Assembly: GCF_036321535.1 (NCBI RefSeq)
Contig: NC_087436.1
Coordinates: 78,680,001-78,744,000, forward strand
Source: Camelus dromedarius
Lineage: Eukaryota
DNA length: 64,000 bases
Direction of reading: 5' to 3'
Shown piece by piece: positions 13,460 through 27,229 of this stretch. The notes beneath the pieces are model-generated. The model was not told the DNA's origin, ran no database searches, and saw only the letters and a program-made list of their open reading frames with translations. How positions within the stretch are numbered: the first letter of the stretch is position 1; every line of letters begins with the position of its first letter. The position numbers and the translations under genes were made by a program.

Positions 13460-14880
13460 CCAGTCATTCATTTATATCAAAAATATTTCTTAAGCACTTA
13501 ACTATGTACCAGGCACTGTTCTAGGTGCCAGATACATGGCAGACAAAAATTGCTGCCCTCACAAAGTCTGCATTTTAGGGATAGAGAGGATGAGATAATA
13601 AAATAAGTAAAACATGTTAGTGTTACCTGTGTTAGAATTTTGACGAATCACAGGACCATGTTTTAAAAATGCTATAGAACAAAATAAAACTGGAAAGACT
13701 TACAGTGTTGGAATGGGCTTGAGGAGAGGTAAGTTTTGGAGGTCAGGAGGCCTCAGTGAGAAGGTAACACTTGAGTAGGTGAAGAAGGTGAGAGATTTAT
13801 ATATCTGGGGAAAGATATCCAAGGTAGCGCTTTTGGCAAGTGCAAAGGTCCTGAGATCAGAGCATGCCTGGCTGTTGCAGGAACAGAAGGAGGCAGAGGG
13901 ACTGGATCAGAGAGAATAAAAAGTTGAGACTCAGGTTCTGTTGGGCCTTGGAGGGCACGTTAGTGAATGGGAACAAGAGAAGCCATTGAAGGATTTTAAG
14001 TGGAGGAGTGATGCTCTAAGATCATTTTTGACTACTGTGTTGAGGACAGTCTAAAGGGAGCAAATGAAAAAGCAGAGAAACTCGTTTTTGTAGGTTATTA
14101 TAAAAGTCCCAGAGAGATGGAAGTGGCTTGGACAAGATGGTAGCAGTGGACACATTTTATTGTAATGTAAAGATAGAGAAGACTAAATTTGCTGACTGAT
14201 GTGGGGTGTGAGAGAAAGAAAAGATAAGGCTTATTTCAAGGTTTCAGTCTGGGCAACTGAAAGATGTGTCGTCCTTAATTTAGATTGGAAGGCTCCCGGA
14301 GGAGTGAGTTTCAAGAGATCAGATCAGGACTGTTAAACCTGCAGTGTCCTTCGTGGGGAGATGTCACAAAGGGAGTTGAACCTACAAGTCTGGCGTTTAG
14401 GACAGAGGCCTGGGCGGGAGAAGCTGGGAGAGGTCAGAATATTGCAATACTTCAAACTAGAAGACTGGATGAGGTCACCAAGAAAGGAAGTGTAGACAGG
14501 AACGAAGAGTCCCAGGGCCTGAGCCCAGGGGGGGTTCCAGTCCGGGAGCAGATGGCCTAGCAGAGGAGGCTGAGGAGTGGACACTGAAGCAGGAGGAATG
14601 GTAAGAGGGGTGATGTTCTGGAAGCCAGGTGAAGCAAATGTTTTACGCAGGGAGGTGATCAAATTGTGAAGTGTATGTGTCTAGGTAAGGGATTAGGAGA
14701 ACTAACAGTTGCATATACCAATACCAGGTCTTCGGAGAACTTGAGTAAAGCAGTTCCAGGGAAGTGGCACAAGCAGGAGCGTGATTGGAGTGGGTCAAAC
14801 ACAGAACTGGGGGAGAGGGGCTGCCGACAGCAAATACGGACTTTTTTTTTAAGATAGGAGAAATAAAAGAATATTTATGC
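13460..14880 (-). mobile_element. L2 element remnant
   Basis: L2 3' end (cattcatttatatcaaaaatatttcttaagcacttaactatgtaccaggcactg) followed by L2 body. Confidence 0.7.
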
Positions 14881-15359
14881 TGACAGGAAGTTCTTTGCTC
14901 TTCCAGTGAGGGACCTAGCCTTCTCGCCCACCCTCCCTTTCTGGAACTTCAGATTTGGGTATTTGCTGTTTCTTGGAGCCCTCACTTTGAGGAATATTAA
15001 CAGGGAATCTGAACAGATGAGGAATTGAGGACTGTGAAGACCAGCTTACTTCATATGTGGAATTCTTCTCTCTCCCCAGACTTCCCACTGCTTTGGGGAA
15101 CATAACACATTGTAGGCTTGGTGGGATTGCATTTCTGTCATTTAGTTGTCATTTAGATGCTTCTTCACACTTGTAATTTGGTGTCTAACCCAACCCCACA
15201 GGTAGTCCTCTTCCTCTACTCCTGTATGATGATGGGCTCTTTACTGATTCTTTGGTACTCCCATTTCCAAGGAATGGCAATGACCAAAGAAGATCTCAAT
15301 TAAAGTAAATAAATAACATCCCACCTCCAACTCCCCTAAAAAACCTAAATGTAAATCCT

Positions 15360-15706
15360 GTGGTCATCAGTTACTAGGCTGTTCACAAATGTTTCTCCCT
15401 TTCTGGGCACGGGGTAGGAGTGCCACTCTCGGATATGGCCATGTGATTTGCCCTAGCCAGTGACATGTGAGCTAAGTGATGTTTGTCACTTTGTGGCAGC
15501 TTTAAGACCAATGAGCAGGCTGCCAGATTTCTTTGGCTATCAGCAACTATGGGAGCAGTGTTGAGACAGAGCCTCTAACAGCCAGGGTCTGAGTTGTAGC
15601 AATGAGCAGACCCCCCTTAACAACGTGGGATAGACACCTAGTATGAGAAATAAACTAGTTTTGTTAGTTTTATTTTGGGATAGCAAACCCCAATCCATCC
15701 TGACAC
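15360..15706 (+). mobile_element. MaLR LTR (MLT1H/J-like)
   Basis: ggccatgtgatttgccctagccagtg...gagaaataaac...atcctgacaca. Confidence 0.6.
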
Positions 15707-16129
15707 AGTGCCTAAGGACAAAAATAGACAGTGATGTACCAGTCTCCATGATAACCAGCAGACTGCCAATTTCAGGATATGCAAGTTTTATTTTCCCATA
15801 CCAGGGGCAAAGACAACCCAATAAATAACACAGGTAATAAAACTTGACCTCACTGTCAGTTCTCCATTGAATCAAAAACTATTGAACCTTGAAAATGTTA
15901 ACATTGTTTTAAAAATATTTCTCTCCTAACCAGAGGGGAACTTTTCTTCAAGAGACATAGTTAGACTACCAGAAACTTAGTGCAGTGTTATTTCATGTTT
16001 TGTTCTCTGGGCAGCTGGCATTCGTTCCTCCAGGAATACTCACTGCAAATGCTGATTCCCTAGTCTTGTCCTCCTGGATGAATGCTGCGGTCCTCAACTC
16101 CTAGGAGGTCTGTAATCTTGATCTTTATG

Positions 16130-17015
16130 GGTATGTGTGGTCTAATACAAAAATGTATTTGATGCTTGGCCTCAGATCCTGCCAGAAGCTCCTAAAACTC
16201 TTGAAATTTTCTGAGTGATAGGAGTCTTTTTTTTTTTTTTTTAGTTGAAGTACAGTTGATTTATAACATTGTATTAGTTTCAGGTGTACAGCATATATAC
16301 ATATACAACACAACTTCTTAAGCCAGTCTTCAGTTGATGGGCACGGGTTGTTTCCAGAGTCTTGGCGATTGTTCATTTGTTTTAAATAATGAGCCCCTTT
16401 GTTTCACACTTGAGTTTGTGCTAATGAGATCACTAAGGGTGGGGCCACTAGATAGCCTCAGGATGGAGCTGGTCACCAGAAAGACCAAATGATGAGACCT
16501 CCTGATGGACCGCCAAGAATGGGTGGAGGAAGAGGGAGGGTGCTGGAGAGGGAGCTCTGAAAGCTCTTCAACAGTGAGACTGAGAGAGCACCTGGGCTGG
16601 TGAACACATTGAGCCCCCAAGAGGACAGCATTCCCCACGTATCTCCCCTTCCTTGCCCTGAACATCTCTTCTATTTGGTTGCTCTCAAGTTGTATCTTTT
16701 ATAATAAACCAGCAAATGGAAGTGTTTCCCCAAGTTCTGTAGCCATTCTAGGAAATTATTGAATCTAAAAGGGAAGGGAGCTGTGGGAACTCTTCCATTT
16801 TACTGCCAGGTTGGACAGAAGTGTGGGTAACCTGGGGACCTGATACTTGGGACTGGCATCTGAAGTGAGGGTAGTCTTGTGGGACCGAGCTTTTAAACCT
16901 GTGGGGTCTGACAATAACTCTGGGTAGTTAAGTGTCAGAATTGAACTGAACTGTAGGACACCCAGTTGGTGTCCAGAGAATCAGAGAGTTGGCTGTTAGT
17001 GTTGGAAAACACCCA
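16130..17015 (+). mobile_element. ERVL LTR (MER21-like), interrupted by a minus-strand L1 tail at about 16226-16370
   Basis: MER21-type motifs (tgctaatgag...ggtcaccagaaagacc; ataataaaccagcaaat...gttctgtagccattctag; cagttggtgtccagagaat). Confidence 0.7.
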
Positions 17016-17153
17016 AGAAATATGCTACCAACATACTACTAAAGTTTGTTTTCAACATAATGTCTAATTGAGTTTACACATGCTTCCATATGAGGGAAGA
17101 AATGTTTGTGTAAGAAGCCAAAAAAATAAAATCACAGTTCTTCATAAAAGAAT

Positions 17154-17159
17154 TTTATT
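17154..17159 (-). terminator. TMEM150C: Candidate distal TMEM150C polyadenylation signal
   Basis: AATAAA on the minus strand followed by a GT/T-rich element (gtgattttattttttt), just before the MER21-like LTR. Confidence 0.55.
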
Positions 17160-17734
17160 TAGTGGTCAGATCCCAATGAATAATGCCAGTCATTGCTTGA
17201 TTCTGTTAAAATGTGCTATTAGATTTACTCTTAAGAAAGTGTACAGTGCATCACCAAAAGCTATTTAATTTGGATTGGGTAGAGTAAAAGAAAACTTCAT
17301 AAATCTGTTCTCTGATAACATTTTTAAAATATAAAAATGGAAAAAAAAACCCAAAAGCAGTATTCAAAAATAATAAATGTCACCTTGGACTATTTACAGT
17401 ATTAGCCTTTCTAATAGAACACTCCCTGCTTGCTTCTTTTTCTCCCATTTCACTTATCCCTCAGAGGCATTCTCATTCCCCCATCTAACCCTCACTCATG
17501 CTTTCTTCCATTCCTGTCTTGCAGGAAATGATTCTATTCTCTCTCACTCATCTCTGAGTCTTTCTCTGATGCTCCTTTCAATTACCAGGAATTCTAGTCA
17601 ACAGACGTTTGTGGAGCACCTAAGACGTGCCAGGCACTGTGCTAGGAGGTGGCGACAAATACAGAGGTGAAAAGTCATTGGCCCCCTCCCTCCTCAAGAG
17701 GCTCAGAGTTTGGGCTGAATTAAAAAACATTGTT

Positions 17735-17740
17735 TTTATT
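17735..17740 (-). terminator. TMEM150C: Candidate proximal TMEM150C polyadenylation signal
   Basis: AATAAA on the minus strand about 1.43 kb after the stop, followed by a T-rich stretch. Confidence 0.45.
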
Positions 17741-19164
17741 ATATTATATTCCATGAAATCCCAAGCCCCTGTGAAGCCAGTTTGGGGATTTCTTGAAACA
17801 AAGTGCATTCATGGAGGGTCTATCACCGTGGCCCACTCTCACACATCCTGAATTTAGAATTCTTATCTTTATGAAGCAAAGCCTCAGAAGCTCAGGCCTA
17901 TGGCTTGAGTTCTAAACTCTGAGCAGGTGGGAATTGCATGTTGGGTAGCAGGGGACTAGCTGCACCAGTTTGTTTTGGGGGAGGGTAATGTTTTAATTGA
18001 CTTCTACAAATTCCAAGTATGAAAAGCCCTTAACTGCCCCCCCGCCCAAATACTAAATTTAAGCTATAGATACATATTAAGAAACTGCCCCTTGATTTGG
18101 ACTTGCAACAAGATGCTCTAAAACTTCTTTTATAAATGTCCAGCAGGAGCTCTTTTGAGTACCTCCACACGTGTTTCTTTGTGCTTTTCTGTGAACATTT
18201 TCTTAGCTTCAAACATAAAAGCAGCAAATTAAGCCTGCAAGTGACCTTTTTCTTTTTCCTTTGATCATAGTTGAACCCCAGACAAGATCAGTTCTTGCAT
18301 TTGTCCTACATCTTCTTTGTCCATGAGGCCTCAAGAGACCCATGGTAGTTACTAAAGGAAAAGAAAAAAAGAAAGCAAACCATGAAATAGAAAAGAAAAA
18401 CTGAACGTAGGGTACTATAGAAGCAAAAATGAAACCATACTTGCTGCCCCCATCTTGTTCCATGCCTGGCACACCGTGTCCCTGTAAATATTCACATTTG
18501 GAAATATTTTCTCAGTTACAGTAAAGTCCAAATCACGGTGGTGGGCTTCCCTCCCATAGCTTGTCAGGAATTCCTTTCACTGAATCTGCTCAGCCAAGCA
18601 CTGAGCAACGATGAAGGGAGTTTCTGTGGGAAAGGTCTGTCTGTGCTCCCGTAGCATCCAGAGGTTACGCAGGGTCACATCTCTATACGGTGTCCATCTA
18701 CCTGGATGATACCCTCTCCATTCAAGAGCATTGGTGCCAGAGTCAGAATTTCCTCAAGAGCCGGTTCCAAGCCCTTTGGATCAGAAGGCAATGTTGGGAG
18801 TCAGAGTTATTCCCCTGTGACATTCAGCCCGCCCTACTCTGTGGCGGGGGGGTCACGACGTCTGAAATATGTGAAGAGGACAAAAGAGCAGGGGGTGCTG
18901 GGAGAGGGAGGGAAAGAGACGTGATCGTGCACAAGCTTCTTGCTCTGTCGTGCAATATATTTTCAGTGTAACAGCGTGTATTTCGACACCTAGGGCTTGT
19001 GCTTTTTTGTTAAATGACTCACCCTGAAAAGCTCATTTGGCACCTGTGGCCACGGACGTGTGTGTGTGTGATGTGTCGTGAGGTTATGTGTCAAGTCCGG
19101 TGGGTGTGTCCTGGCCCCTCCCCTGCTGCTGCACCCACCGCACCAGCAAGGAACAACTGATAGG

Positions 19165-19473
<309 letters not shown>

Positions 19474-19509
19474 TCACTAGCAAGCTAGTTTGACAGACCC
19501 TGCTGAACC

Positions 19510-19735
19510 TACATGAAGAATACAAGGTAACGCTGTTGAGCTCTTGCTTTGTGCCAGACATGCTTCTAAGTGCTTTCAAGGAAACTTAATCCTCACAACA
19601 TCCTATTCTCATCAGTTCATCTAAAATAGGGAAATGGAGGCCAAATGGGTAACACAGGTATTAACTGGTGGAACTGGGATTCAAACACAAGCACTCTGAC
19701 TCCCAGGCCATACATTTGACCATTGTCTACAGCTG
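19510..19735 (-). mobile_element. MIR SINE
   Basis: ttaatcctcacaacatcct...ggaactgggattcaaacacaagcactctgactccca. Confidence 0.7.
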
Positions 19736-20909
19736 CCTAATAACTGTGAGATCAGCTAAAGAATTACAATTCCCAAGTAATTAGTTGGCCAGAAAAATAA
19801 ATAAATAAACTTTATTTAAATACATATGGTCATTATTTACATAAATAAATAATATAAAGTTATTATTTAAATTATAAATAAAGTTATTATTTAAAGAAAT
19901 AAAGTTATATTAAAAAAGACACTGCAAATGACTACAGAATAATCTGAACGTATACAAATAGCTAACTACCTCCATATAAGCTATGTTTGTCTCTGCGGTG
20001 CTACTAATAATGTCTAAGTGGCCCCTCTTCCTCCTTTATCTAGTTCTCACTATTGCCTTTCAGACAATACTGTATAGGCTGGTTTCATTCCTGGTGTAGC
20101 ATTTAAACTTGCACCCAAATGAAAACAGGCAATTAAAACAACAAAGAAACAGATGAGATGCCTATGGCCAAGTATACATGGAGTGTATATACACACATGT
20201 GGGTGTACACCCCCCCCCCCCCCAGTATATATGAAGGTAGAAGCTGGGAAGGGGAAAGGTTCATAACACTCCTTAGTAAAAGGCTAAGAGGCCAAGGACT
20301 AAATAAAGTTATTTAGAAAAATCAGAAATGTTCCTTTAGAATTAGTTCTACCTTCAGAACTTAGACTTAAAATCGTGGAAAATTTTTGGAGAGCAAGAAA
20401 TGACTTCAGCCAAACTTTGCTCTCTTGATTTGGCTTGGATCCATTCACCTAGAAACCAAGAAATGATTGCAAGTCTTCAGAAAAAGCATGGATCAGACTT
20501 GTTTGGTATTAGCTCAAAACTCAGAATAACTTAAAATATGGACACATTCTTCTGATTGAAGTTTCAAAATACTGCCAAAGCAATATCAACTTATTTCTTA
20601 AGTTTATGGGGAAGGGATACATCTTCAGATCTCACATTGGCAGAGTTCTGACCTATTTACTCATAAAATACTTTTACCAGGTTGCTAGCAATAAACACGT
20701 TTTTTGGCTTGAATTTCAAGTCCTTAAATGTTCTTTATCTAATGTGACTGCAGAAGTTCAGAAAACCACTAAAATGATTATGGCAGTTTGTGAGGGCAGA
20801 AGAAATAAATGGCTCCAAATACTCCACTAACAAAAGAATGTCTCTGAACACTAAATTTATCTTCGTATTTCAAAGCCACTTTCTCTCAGAAGGGATGGCA
20901 TACATGGTT

Positions 20910-21092
20910 AAGAATGCAAGAACTGAGTCTGAGTTTAAAACAAGATCGACACATACCACGTGTGATTTTGGGTACCTCTGTTTTTCACTATTCTTACCTG
21001 TTAAGTGAGGATTAAAAGAGTTGACACACTTAAAGTGCTTATTAGAATAATGCCTAGCACATTATAAGTGCTCTATAAATATTGGCTATTAC
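20910..21092 (+). mobile_element. MIR SINE
   Basis: gtgaggattaaaagagttgacacacttaaagtgcttattagaataatgcctagcac. Confidence 0.65.
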
Positions 21093-21109
21093 ATTGAAGA
21101 GCGTAATTG

Positions 21110-21600
21110 TGTTACCCAGACACAGTCTGCCATCTGGGAACCTTACTTCCTTCTTCTTCTGTTTCCCGAGGACCCAGTGGAGTGAACACTCTGCCGCAAG
21201 GAGTGAGTGACTGATCTGATTGGTGGGCTCTGAAGTGGGAGGCTTCCATTGGGCTGTGCCACCCATAGGTGGGGTCACGTGCTCCACCCTGCATGAGCGT
21301 CTCTGCGCTCTGGTTAGGGTTAAGTTCACGATCTCTGCGTTTCCCTGATTTCTCTGCTTGTTACTGGGTGGATAAATTGAATTCCAGGCGTGAGCTAGGA
21401 GGCCTGTACGATTCTCCTTTCCAACTTTACCGAGAATAAAGGCTCATTTCTTCCCACCTGGCTCCTTGTGTCTGTTCTCCACTGGTTCCGACACCGACGG
21501 AAGAAGGGAAATAAATAGTACCTCAAAACCTCAGAAATATTTGTTTAGGACAACAGTACATGGACTGGTAATCTAGTTCTTGAATTTCTTTTCCAGAAAA
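21110..21600 (+). mobile_element. Ancient LTR-like element inside the U12 intron (family not identified)
   Basis: Begins with TG; contains CCAAT and E-box motifs, then AATAAA at 21435 and a U5-like tail; its 3' part is duplicated at 22380-22526. Confidence 0.4.
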
Positions 21601-22057
21601 GGTTACTTGTATTCTTGAAAGATATAAATGATTTGTCCCTTGAAATTCATTTTAGAGTTCATAAATTTTTAAATAACAGTCACAAATGAAATATTTTTTT
21701 TAAGATGGAAAGAAAAAGATCACAATTCTCTTTTGGTTATGCATTCTATGTTTTTCACAAAGGGAAACTTACTTACATCATTAGTGGTAAGGAGAATGCC
21801 TGACACCATTCCGACTGCTTGAAACAATTTTGAGAAGGCAGATCTTGTTTTATTTTTAGTTCTCCATCTCCTCTTTGGCATGAAAAATAGGTCTGAGAGT
21901 TTTCGTTTTTATACCCATTTACTTTTCTTTTTTGTCTAAGATTCTGAGATGAGCTGACAATACAGTCAAACCAACAGAGAATGGTGAGTTACTCATCTTC
22001 TATCTAGACAAGTTATCTGTGTTTTAACCTCACTGGCAAGGAACCTATTCACATTCA

Positions 22058-22243
<186 letters not shown>

Positions 22244-24921
22244 CTAAAGGATGAACAGATAATGACATGTGGAGGCCCATTTCGAAAAGACATACAAGCC
22301 AATGGAATATGTGAGGCAGGAAAATTAGGTAAAGGGATGTCTCAATAATGGGATGATAGATTTTAGAAAGAATAGAGCCTCCCATTGGCTCTTTGTGTCT
22401 GTTCTTCGTTGGTTTAAACTCTGAGGAGAAGAAGGGAAATAAAGAGTACCTCAAACTTCAAAACATTTGTTTGAAAAAATCATACAGGCAGTGGTAATCT
22501 ATTCTTTGAATTTGTTTTCCAGAAAAGCTTTGTGGAAAAGTGAAAGAAAAAAGCAGGATAGTTATAACAGAAAAAAGAGAGAGAGAGAGAGAGAAATGTA
22601 AAGTTTATATGAACATAAACCCCAAACTGTTTTCCAGAATAATAAATAAGACCAGAATCTGGCTGTGTACTTACTTACTGATTGACGATGGCCAATTCCA
22701 AGCAGGTGAAGATTTTATTGGCCTGGGGACCTAATAACAATTGGGCTGTTCTTTACTGCTACAAAACTGCCCAGGCTATGATGTGGCCAATTCACTGCTA
22801 ATGGCCTTTTTTTGTTTGTTTTCCTAATATTACAAGAAAACTGCACTTAGAAGCTTTTGCCATATCTGGAGACCCATTAAAGGGCAACAGTGTTTGAAGA
22901 TACCTGGTCAAAGCTTTTATACAGTTAATAGATTAAAGGAGACCCATTTAGATTATTTCAGTTAGGGGTGAGAGATGCAAACTGCCCAAATCATGACCCA
23001 CTGATTAAAAAAAAAAAAATTGTCACTTAAAACACCTTCAGTAATTACATATACTTTTAACTACACATATACTACCCCCCACATATAGGATACATACAGG
23101 AAAATCTACTGTTGAAGAGATGGCTTTAAAAACATGGTGAAAATATATTTTTTGAATTGCCATTGTCTCCAGGTGTTTTATTGTTTGACAATACTGTTAA
23201 TAATAATTGTATCAAATCAATATTACTTTCCCTTTACAACTGTTTTCTTTGGTTTGGCTATAGAATTTTTTCTTCTTTGGAAGAAGTCACTTTTTTCCCC
23301 CTTTACAGTTCAAAACACATATTTTGTAAACATTTTAAATAATGATTCCCTAAATCAAATTATCGAGGAATTTGATTTTCCATGCTGTACACAGTCTATT
23401 CATTTATTTTAAAAACAGATAATATAGAAACTGACACACTGTAACTGACTGTACTTCAATTTAAAAAGTTAAAAAACAGTTAAAAATCAGATAATATAGT
23501 TACATCAGTCAAACTTTAAAAATTATAAACAGAATAGACTGAAAAGTCTGTCTCCTATCTCATATACTAGCCACCTGGCAACTAGTGTGTTATTTGTTTA
23601 CTGTGTAATCTGTACCTATTCCAGAAATTGTTCTTCATGGGTAGTGCCAACATTTATGGTTTTGAATATTTGTGGTTCACCCCAACAACCCAATCACTGG
23701 GATTCTTCTAGGAACGTTAGAACAAAATGTCTACTCAGTAACGTCCATCCAAGACCCGGATGAAAGAAATGATAGTTATTGAGCATTTTACAACATGCTG
23801 GCATCTGCAGCACAGACAGGTAAGTGGAGGAAGAATTCCCATCAAAATCTCAATAAAAAATGCTCTGTGCCCTAATATTTTGGAGCTTAACAGATAAACT
23901 CTTAATTATCTCTTGTGATAATTCACTGTCCTAGCCAATATGTCCTAAGAATGCAGCGTTCTCATTATCTAGGTTAATAGGAAATGAGACCTGGAATAGA
24001 GAGAGAAATCAGTGGGATTGCCTATCTGTTGAACGACTCATTAAGTAAAAAATACTTGTTGAGTTGCTACGATGTGCCAGTGGATGTCTTGTCTCAGGGA
24101 GATGAGTTATCCCAATTTAATAAATTATCAGCACTGAATTAAGGACAAGAGACAGTCTTAGAAAAAAATCCACTACCATATTTTCAGTAAGAACATTATT
24201 AAATGCTCACTAGAATGTGAGGGTCTGGAATGCCTACACGATTTGGATTTCACTCAGTAGACAGGGGAGAAGGGTCGGGATAGGTGTTTGAATGCAAGGA
24301 GGAAGTTTCTAGCCGCAGTATATAGTGTAGGTTGGAGGATGCTGGGGAGGGAACGGAGGCAGGGAAGTCAGACAGCTGCTGTAACAGTGTAGGGATCTCC
24401 ATGTTTAGTTTCCGAAGAAATCACTTAGGTCAAGAGTTGGGGGATGGCAATGGCAAGGGAAATTATGCTTCACTGACCATGGGCTTCTAAATTTCTGGGA
24501 AGAAGAGTTAGGGTGAATGTTACTTTATCCAGGTCACAAGCATTCTAAAGAAATTCTGAGTTTTCAAACTTGACTCCCACATGAGCTTACTAACCTGAAA
24601 TGCAAGCTTTCATCCAATAAAGCTGTTCAGTGTATAACTCTAGAAAGGCAATAGTCCTATTAGTTTTCTAGAAAGGTACATTAGGATACAATTTGTTATG
24701 AAGAAAGTGTACAGCACTTTGAAAGCCCTTGTAGAAAACATACTGCTATTTTAGTAGCTACGTTTCCCAGTAGCCATGCACCATTTCCAATGCATAGTGA
24801 GCACTTGCACACGTAGGCTCAAAGCCCAGACGGGCTGACTGCTGGGGAACCGTGCATATCAGGAAGCACTGTTAGCATTTTTTAAGGTTCATGCAGAATT
24901 TTATGGGCCACATAGTGACTA

Positions 24922-25137
<216 letters not shown>

Positions 25138-27229
25138 TTAAAATTGAAAAACTGAAATCACACACCCAGTCTAGGAAGTGGAGTTCTAAAGCCACAATAT
25201 GCCAAATTAAACTTTTTGCCACAGTACATTTAAAAATCTCTGAAATGACAGTCTTTTAAGGAAATTTTCCATGCAATGCTTCTGATTACTGAGATTTTTT
25301 TTCTCTAGCTAACCTGAAAAAGCAGAGAGGAATTGAAGCAGCAGTGCTATATGGTATTTGGGTGATGTAAGATGATGGACTGTTAATAGTGCTGTTCTCA
25401 GAGTTTCAAAAACAAGGTCAGCATAGGACAGTCTGGCTTAGGAGAACACTGCAGAGGCTTGGCACACAACAAATCAGATGGAGAGATACGGCCCATGGCA
25501 CGGAATTCACTCATTCAATCAGCCTTTAGTTTAGAACGGGGTTAGAACAGACAGGGCACAAAAACACAGGGAAGAAGACAAGGTTACCACATCTAGGCAA
25601 ACCTGCTGGTCCCTGTGTCAGGAATCACTCCCGGGGATAGGAAGGAAGATAAAGGCAAGGGTGCAAATCCCTTTATTACTGGTTTACTCCCACTTCTCTC
25701 TAGTTCTACCTGGGGGCGTTCATTGTCAAAGGACAAAGATAGTTAATCCAAATTAGGGCAGTTCACAGCAATCAAATTATGGAATCTGTATTTTAACATA
25801 GAAGACTTGGGGATTTGGTATGTACTAAAAATCATGCTGCTTATATTAAGAAAGCTCAATTCTTCCAAATGATGTTAATTACTCATTTTAAAAACCACTG
25901 TGTGTTTTGAACCCCATTGTCATCAGAGAATCTTAAGAGAGAATGAGGGAAGTTACCTAGATTTCAAATCTGACTTCTATAGTAACCTTGAGGCTGGTTC
26001 ATACTCAAACCACTAATCTAAGAATCCCCTTTTATTAACTGCTTAGTGCAGGGATATTATCATGTTTATCCAGAAAATCTAGGAGAGGTTAGTCTACAAA
26101 TGATTTTTGAAAGCACTTGTAATTCATATTAGTTATATCTAATGTAAGGGAATGTACTCACTACTTCGTAAGGCAGCTAATTTTGACATTAAGATTTAGC
26201 AGGAAAGACGATTAGGAATTCAAGAATTATCCTATTTATACAGTAATTAAGTAGATAATATTTGCTAAAGGTCTACCTTGGTTACAGGCCATTATTAGTA
26301 GCCATTAATAAAAGAAACCCTTCCACAAACTTGCATTTCCCAAGTATACTGAATTTCATAGTTTCATGCTACAAAGTTAAGTTCAGCGAAATGACTTTCA
26401 GTTCCAAGTACCTCTGATCAAAAAGTGCTACACCACTTGGTTCATATTTGGATTTTGGAAACAAAATAGAATTAAACCGTAATTTATGAGATCTCAAGTT
26501 GGCTGGCTCTGATTTAGCTTTTAGTGGATTTATGTTTAAGCTAATGCCCAAGACTCATCACCAAATTAATAGATTATACTTGAGTTGATAATAGTTTTTC
26601 AACCTAATGGTTTGAGGGATCTGGTGAGAAGTTATAACATATCAGAAGTCTATTCACGGTGACAGTAACTATCCAAGAGGATGAAAAAAATAAGCACAAT
26701 TTCTATTACTTTTTGGGCTGGGAACAGGAGGGAGAAATGGGGAGAGGAGAAATTCAACACAAGTGCCCTGACACAAAGTGATCTTCAGATAAGGAAGCCA
26801 TTAGTTTTAGACCAGACACCTCCACACCGGGCACCAGGGAGACAGCTGCTAATGAATTGTGTGTGTATATTGGTCAGGGCATAATGACAAAATACCTAAG
26901 CCACACAGTTAATTTCTTTTAAAAATGACAAGGGAAAAGTGTGGGTCTGGGAACTATTTGGTTGTCATTCAGTTTGGAGGGATAGGATCATGCTGGAACT
27001 TTGGTCTAAGCCCTAAACCACTGCTGAAGTAGACACTGAAATGGCTCTTCATGTTAACCATCAGGTAGTTGTGCCACTACCTCCAAAGGGAGACAGTCAA
27101 TGCTGTTCTCTGGGTTACTCGTTTCTCACGGATAAACTCTGCACATGCATCATTCTCCTGGCTCCAGCATTGCTAGCCTTCTCACTTGTAATATGGATGA
27201 GAAATCATTTTATCCAGAACAGATGATGA

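Noticed and set aside
20172..20232. Poly-C run with flanking TATA/CACA quasi-palindromes
   Set aside because: Low-complexity sequence with no evidence of function.
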